Shown: positions 59,725 through 64,000 of the stretch, piece after piece
How positions within the stretch are numbered: the first letter of the stretch is position 1
Layout of the letters: the number at the start of each line of letters is the position of its first letter
Assembly: GCA_963667725.2 (NCBI GenBank)
Contig: CAXXHO010000005.1
Coordinates: 704,001-768,000, forward strand
Direction: 5' to 3'
DNA: 64,000 nt
Source of the DNA: Treponemataceae bacterium
GTDB taxonomy: Bacteria; Spirochaetota; Spirochaetia; Treponematales; Rectinemataceae
Position numbers and translations under genes: made by a program
The notes under the pieces: model-generated
What the model was told of the DNA's origin: nothing
The model's input: only the letters and a program-made list of their open reading frames with translations
Databases searched by the model: none

Positions 59725-61566
59725 TCACGAATTCGAAAGGATGCCGGAGAGGCCGAGTTCTTCCAGTTTTTCCTTTGTCGGGATTCCGTCTTCCGTCCAG
59801 CCCCGCAGCGCGTAGTATCGGTCCAGGGAGGCCTCGAAGTTGGCGGGGAGGTTCTGGCCGGCGCCGCCGCCCTTGGGTTCGGTGAGGATGCGCTTGGGCA
59901 GGCTGTCGTCCTTGCGGCTGACGCCTCGCGATACGTTGTAGAGGCGCTTGAGGTTGAAGATGCGCTCGCCGGCTTTGAGGAATTCGTCCAGGCTCATATC
60001 CCAGCCTGTGGCCGCGTTGATCCACTGGAGGGCCTGGGTGGCGCTGTTGCCCCCGCCGATGGAGAATTTGCAGAGCTTGAGGCTGTCCACGAGGCTCATG
60101 AAGTTCTGGGTGGCGATGACAAGTTCGGGTTTCCGTTCCTTGCCGAAGCGGTCCTGGGGGGCGTCGAAGCCTCCCTCCGGGAAGGCGAGTTTGCGTTCGT
60201 AGTTGTAGCTCATGCCCTGGAGGTGGCAGGCGCCGCGGTTGGAGGTGGCGTAGGAGAGGGCCATGCTGTTGAAGGCCCTGGGGTCGTGGCCGGGGAATTC
60301 GAGGCCTTTGACATGGACGGCGTAGTCGGGGCTGCCGAGCTTGAGGCTGGTCTTGGCCACGCCTTCGCCGAGGAGGGCCCCGATGCCCGTTTTCGCGCCG
60401 ATGAGGTCGATGAGGTCGACGAGGGCCTTGCCGCTGCCCCAGGTCGGGACGACGCCGGAGAGGTCCTGGCCTCGGATCTGGCCTTTTTCGTAGGCTTCCA
60501 TGAGGAAGGCTATGGCGCTGCCGGCCGAAATGGTGTCGATGCCGTAGCGGTTGGCCTTCTCATTGGCGGCGAGAATGGCTTCTATGTCGTCGATCATGCA
60601 GTTGGCGCCGAGGAGGGAGAGGGTTTCGTATTCGGGGCCACCGCCGAGGCTGCCGTCGGAGAGTTCGACGACGCGGCCGCAGCCAATGGGGCACATGGCG
60701 CAGAAAAAGCGCTTCTTGAGGCGGCCCGATTCGGTCATCCTCTGGCCGGAGATGGCGGCGATGTCGAGGTCGGCGGCGCCCAGGGCCCAGTTCTTGACGG
60801 GCACGTCGCCCATGTCATAGAAGCCGCCGAGGGAGCCCGCCGTGCCGAACTTGCCCATGGCTTCCGTGGCGGCTGCCATCTTTTTGGCCACCTCGCGGGA
60901 GGCCAGGCCGAGGGCGGCGGCGTCGTGAATTCTGCGCGGCGCCTTGCCCGAGGGGGCGGCGACCACGGCCTTGAGTTTCTTGGAGCCCATGACGGCCCCG
61001 AGGCCGCAGCGGCCTGCCATGCGCGCGTCTCTTCCGTCATGGGCGACGCAGGCGATGCTCACCATGCGTTCGCCCGCTATGCCGATGCAGGCGGTTTCGG
61101 AGCCGGGGTATTTCGCGCCGTAGTGGTCGTAGGCGGCGAAGGTATCGAGGCCCCAGACGGCGGCCGCGTCTTCGACGCGGCCGCCAGTCTCGGTGACCAC
61201 GAGGGACACGGGCTTGTCTGAGGCGCCGGATACGACGAGAAAATCGAAGCCCGTGTTCCGGAAGACCGAGCCCCAGGCGCCGCCCACGTCCGACTCGGCG
61301 AAGAGGCCGGTCAGGGGCGAGAGGGCAGCCACCTCATGCCGCCCGGAGGTGGGGGCTGAGGTGCCGCAGAGGGGTCCCAAGGCAAAGACGAGGGGATTGG
61401 CCGGGTCGAGGGGGCCTATGCCGGCCGGCGCCTGGCGGGAAAAAAGCCATGCCGCGACGCCCGAGCCGCCGATGAAGGAGCGGAGCAGCGATTCCTCGAG
61501 GACTTCCACCGTCGAAGTACCCGTCGAAAGATCCACGAAAAGCGTTTTTCCGTATGCTATGTCCAT
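59725..61566 (-). CDS. aor: Aldehyde:ferredoxin oxidoreductase (W/Mo-pterin)
   Basis: SPLTG, AGRCGLGAVMGSKKLKA, CAMCPIGC, PEYET, GIDTIS, RGACH. Confidence 0.92.
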   Translation of the reverse strand: MDIAYGKTLFVDLSTGTSTVEVLEESLLRSFIGGSGVAAWLFSRQAPAGIGPLDPANPLVFALGPLCGTSAPTSGRHEVAALSPLTGLFAESDVGGAWGSVFRNTGFDFLVVSGASDKPVSLVVTETGGRVEDAAAVWGLDTFAAYDHYGAKYPGSETACIGIAGERMVSIACVAHDGRDARMAGRCGLGAVMGSKKLKAVVAAPSGKAPRRIHDAAALGLASREVAKKMAAATEAMGKFGTAGSLGGFYDMGDVPVKNWALGAADLDIAAISGQRMTESGRLKKRFFCAMCPIGCGRVVELSDGSLGGGPEYETLSLLGANCMIDDIEAILAANEKANRYGIDTISAGSAIAFLMEAYEKGQIRGQDLSGVVPTWGSGKALVDLIDLIGAKTGIGALLGEGVAKTSLKLGSPDYAVHVKGLEFPGHDPRAFNSMALSYATSNRGACHLQGMSYNYERKLAFPEGGFDAPQDRFGKERKPELVIATQNFMSLVDSLKLCKFSIGGGNSATQALQWINAATGWDMSLDEFLKAGERIFNLKRLYNVSRGVSRKDDSLPKRILTEPKGGGAGQNLPANFEASLDRYYALRGWTEDGIPTKEKLEELGLSGILSNS

Positions 61567-61576
61567 TTTCGGCTCC

Positions 61577-62599
61577 TCATTCCCCGAGGGGTTCGATCTC
61601 GGCGCTCTTGCGCGCCGCTCGCGGGTTTTTCTGCGAAAGCATATACAGGGTGACCGTCGCCATGACGATGAAAGCCCCTAATCCCTGCGTGAAGGAGGTG
61701 ATCCCCTCCCCCAGCAGGAGCCAGGAGAAGGCTATGGTGCTGGTGAGCCGCCATGCCTGTATGGTCGAGTAGGTAGCGGCGCCCAGGTGTTTTACCGCGT
61801 TGTTCTGAAGGATCGTGCCCAGAAGAAGGACGAGAATGGCAAAGGCCAGGGCGGCCGCTATGCCCGAGAGCGGCAGGGAAAGCCAGGGGCTCCAGTCTTC
61901 GCCGAGGCCAACGCTTCCCGCCGTCATGAATAGGGACAGGGAGCCGAACTGCGCGAAGGCGAGGGTTTCCGACGACGCGCCTTTTTTCGCCGCTTGTTTG
62001 ATGGAGAGCATGAGGAAGGCGAGGAGGATGCCGCCCAGCACCGAAAGGCCGATGCCGATCCAGTTGGCGACGGGGTCCAGCTTCGCCGATTGGCCCGCTT
62101 TCGTGGCGCCGAAGATCATGAGCAGGGATCCCGCGAGGGAAAAGCAGAGCGCGAGGAAGGTATATTTCGGCAGGGTTTCCTTGAGGAAGGTCTTGCTGAG
62201 AAAGGCCACGATGAAGGGGGCGAGAAGGGCGAAGAGCTGGACGTTGGTGGCGTAGGTGAGGCGGGCCGCGTAGAGGTTGAGCAGGCCACGCGACACGACG
62301 ATGAAGATGAGGCCGAGGAGCTCCTTGAGGCCGGTGGATCTCATGTCTATTTTGCGGAGCATAAGGACGAGGAGAATGGCCATGGCCAGGATGTTGGTCA
62401 CGGCCGAGAGGCTCATGGTGCCTATGTGGTGGCTGTTCTGAAGGTAGCGGGCGAGGACGGGATAGCCGCCCCAGGCCGTGTGGGAGATGATGGCGAAGAG
62501 AACCCACGCGGTCTTCGGGGTCGCGGAAGCCTGATCGGGTTTTCTGTTCAATTGTGCATACCTATGTACATATATCTCACTGATCAGCGCAACTGTCAA
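61577..62599 (-). CDS. EamA/DMT-family transporter
   Basis: About 10 hydrophobic segments in two repeats (AWGG..., FLKE, LLGE); start uncertain. Confidence 0.75.
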   Translation of the reverse strand: MTVALISEIYVHRYAQLNRKPDQASATPKTAWVLFAIISHTAWGGYPVLARYLQNSHHIGTMSLSAVTNILAMAILLVLMLRKIDMRSTGLKELLGLIFIVVSRGLLNLYAARLTYATNVQLFALLAPFIVAFLSKTFLKETLPKYTFLALCFSLAGSLLMIFGATKAGQSAKLDPVANWIGIGLSVLGGILLAFLMLSIKQAAKKGASSETLAFAQFGSLSLFMTAGSVGLGEDWSPWLSLPLSGIAAALAFAILVLLLGTILQNNAVKHLGAATYSTIQAWRLTSTIAFSWLLLGEGITSFTQGLGAFIVMATVTLYMLSQKNPRAARKSAEIEPLGE

Positions 62600-62630
62600 G
62601 TTTATCTTTTCGGCAAAGGAGAAAGAATTA

Positions 62631-62765
62631 GACTATGATCAACATGATTTAGGGTGATTTACAGGAATAAGATTGTGTTAAAGAAGGAAGGAAAGAATAG
62701 GATCAGTGATTCTTTCTTTAGCTTATTTTCTATTGTTGATCCTCTTCAGTCACGTAAATCCTGTC
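62631..62765 (+). repeat. Degenerate long element L13
   Basis: GACTATGATCAACATGATT..GATTTACAGGA...CACGTAAATCCTGTC; resembles L11. Confidence 0.6.
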
Positions 62766-62775
62766 TGCTTTCATT

Positions 62776-62810
62776 AAAAAAAGCCGCCCGCGCTTTCGCG
62801 TAGGCGGCCT
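62776..62810 (-). terminator. Rho-independent terminator
   Basis: GCCGCC-TACGCG-AAAG-CGCG-GGCGGC stem followed by T7 on the minus strand. Confidence 0.75.
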
Positions 62811-62835
62811 ATCGATGACGGCGTAGGATTATCGG

Positions 62836-63378
62836 CTATTTGCCGTTTTTACCGCTACCGTTGCCATTGCCGTTGCCGGAGTTGGGGCCGGGGCCTTCGC
62901 TTTCGCCTTTGTTCTTGCCGTAGGCGTTGTTTTCGCGCTCCTGCTTCATTTCCCTGAAGATTTTGCCCTGGTGGTCTCCCCATTTCAGCTTGAGAGCATG
63001 GAACTCGGTTGATCCGGGGGCTATGCCGATGGTCTGGGAGAGGATGCCCCAGCCGTGGCCTTCCACGCCGTCCGCCAGAAGAATGGTTTCCGCGAGGGGT
63101 TTTTCGGTGGCCAGGGAGATTTCAAGGGCCAGCCAGATTTCGCCGGGCGCGTAGCCTTGGGTGGAGAGATCCTGAAGGACGAGGATGTCGACGTTGAATT
63201 CCACGCTCAGCTTTGTGAGAAGGCCTTCTAGGTCTTCTTCTCCGGCTTGGTTGAGCAGCGAGAGTTCCTCGTCGAGATCGTCGTCTTCGCCCGTGGTCTG
63301 AGCCGAAAGACCCATGGCCGCTATGAAAGAAAATGCCAGTACCGCCAAAAGGGCGATGATTTTTTTGTTTTTCCGCAT
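62836..63378 (-). CDS. Hypothetical exported protein
   Basis: GGAGGT RBS; signal peptide MRKNKKIIALLAVLAF..; GWG..GIAPGSTEFHALK; G/N-rich tail. Confidence 0.65.
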   Translation of the reverse strand: MRKNKKIIALLAVLAFSFIAAMGLSAQTTGEDDDLDEELSLLNQAGEEDLEGLLTKLSVEFNVDILVLQDLSTQGYAPGEIWLALEISLATEKPLAETILLADGVEGHGWGILSQTIGIAPGSTEFHALKLKWGDHQGKIFREMKQERENNAYGKNKGESEGPGPNSGNGNGNGSGKNGK

Positions 63379-63496
63379 ACTGTACCTCCGTTTCCCTTTT
63401 TCAAGGGAGTCTATGGGTGGATACGCGGCCAAGCCGGGCATGGTTGCAGGAATTGGTTCTGGCACGACGGCCTCGTCTTGGGTATACTTCGTCCAT

Positions 63497-64000
63497 ATGA
63501 CCAGTGAGTTGCGCAACATTGACAGCGAGGTGGTGGCCAGAGTTCTCTCGGGCGACCGGGAGGCCTACCGCATCCTCGTGGATAAATATGGAAGCAGGGT
63601 TATCGCGTTCTGCCGGTCCAGGATGAGGTCAGACGAGGATGCCCGCGACGCCGCCCAGGATGTTTTCATCAGGGCTTTCAACTCGCTGGCTTCCTTCAGG
63701 CAGGGCGAAAGCTTCCCGGCATGGCTCTTCGCGATCGCGGGCAATCACGTGCGCACGCGGTTCCGCGTTTTTTCGTCGGAGCGGCGCAAGACCGAGGCGG
63801 CCGGCATGATGGCGGCGACGGCGGCCCCCGCCGATCCGGCCGAGGATGTGGAACGGAAGCTGAGCGGGGAGGCGCTGCGGCGCGCGGTTTCCGCCTTGCC
63901 GGTCGAGATGCGCTGGCCGGTGGAGTTCTATTATTTCGCCGAGCTGTCGGTGGCGGAAACCGCGCGCGTCCTGGGCCTGGGCGAAGAGGCGGTGAAGACG
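63497..64000 (+). CDS. ECF sigma-70 factor (3'-truncated by window edge)
   Basis: GDREAYRILVDKY, DARDAAQDVFIRAF, FPAWLFAIA, ELSVAETARVLGL.E.AVKT. Confidence 0.9.
   Translation, partial: MTSELRNIDSEVVARVLSGDREAYRILVDKYGSRVIAFCRSRMRSDEDARDAAQDVFIRAFNSLASFRQGESFPAWLFAIAGNHVRTRFRVFSSERRKTEAAGMMAATAAPADPAEDVERKLSGEALRRAVSALPVEMRWPVEFYYFAELSVAETARVLGLGEEAVKT

Noticed and set aside
51924..62638. Long antisense and alternate-frame ORFs (e.g. 52853..53785, 60223..61221, 5' part of 53075..55018)
   Set aside because: Shadow ORFs from high GC3 overlapping well-supported genes; the same applies to 36400..37329 and 37819..38730.
1..64000. tRNA, rRNA or riboswitch genes
   Set aside because: None recognisable by eye; a covariance-model search (Infernal/Rfam, tRNAscan-SE) would be needed to exclude them.

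Overview
The window has three parts. (1) About 2.4-38.7 kb is a minus-strand, low-GC mosaic polysaccharide locus. It includes GDP-colitose genes, a dTDP-3-amino-sugar module, several DegT-family enzymes, a MurJ-like flippase, a Wzy/ligase-like protein and UDP-GlcA/GalA genes with a plant-type galacturonokinase homologue, and it carries intact and decayed IS630, IS1634, IS1595, IS5 and IS200 elements. (2) About 38.7-50.3 kb is the most notable region: an array of single-gene or single-operon cassettes, each bounded by a co-oriented 60-160 bp palindromic element (GACAGGATAACAGGA...TCCTGTTATCCTGTC). The cargo is six AAA+/DUF4143 ATPase paralogues, an AbiE-like pair, a NYN pseudogene and a GxxExxY (PD-(D/E)XK) nuclease-fold gene. 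A second short palindrome (AAAAGTTAAAAAT-GGGGTCNGACCCC) often abuts the long element and also punctuates the first 2.4 kb. No integrase, cas gene or reverse transcriptase is present, so the GxxExxY protein is only an inferred candidate mobiliser. (3) About 50.3-64 kb is GC-rich core DNA with an HI0933 flavoprotein, a methylthioribose/5-deoxyribose (DHAP-shunt-like) operon with ABC importer, SorC regulator and aldehyde:ferredoxin oxidoreductase, an EamA transporter and a partial ECF sigma factor. The host is probably an anaerobe (inference). All family assignments are from motif recognition, not database searches.
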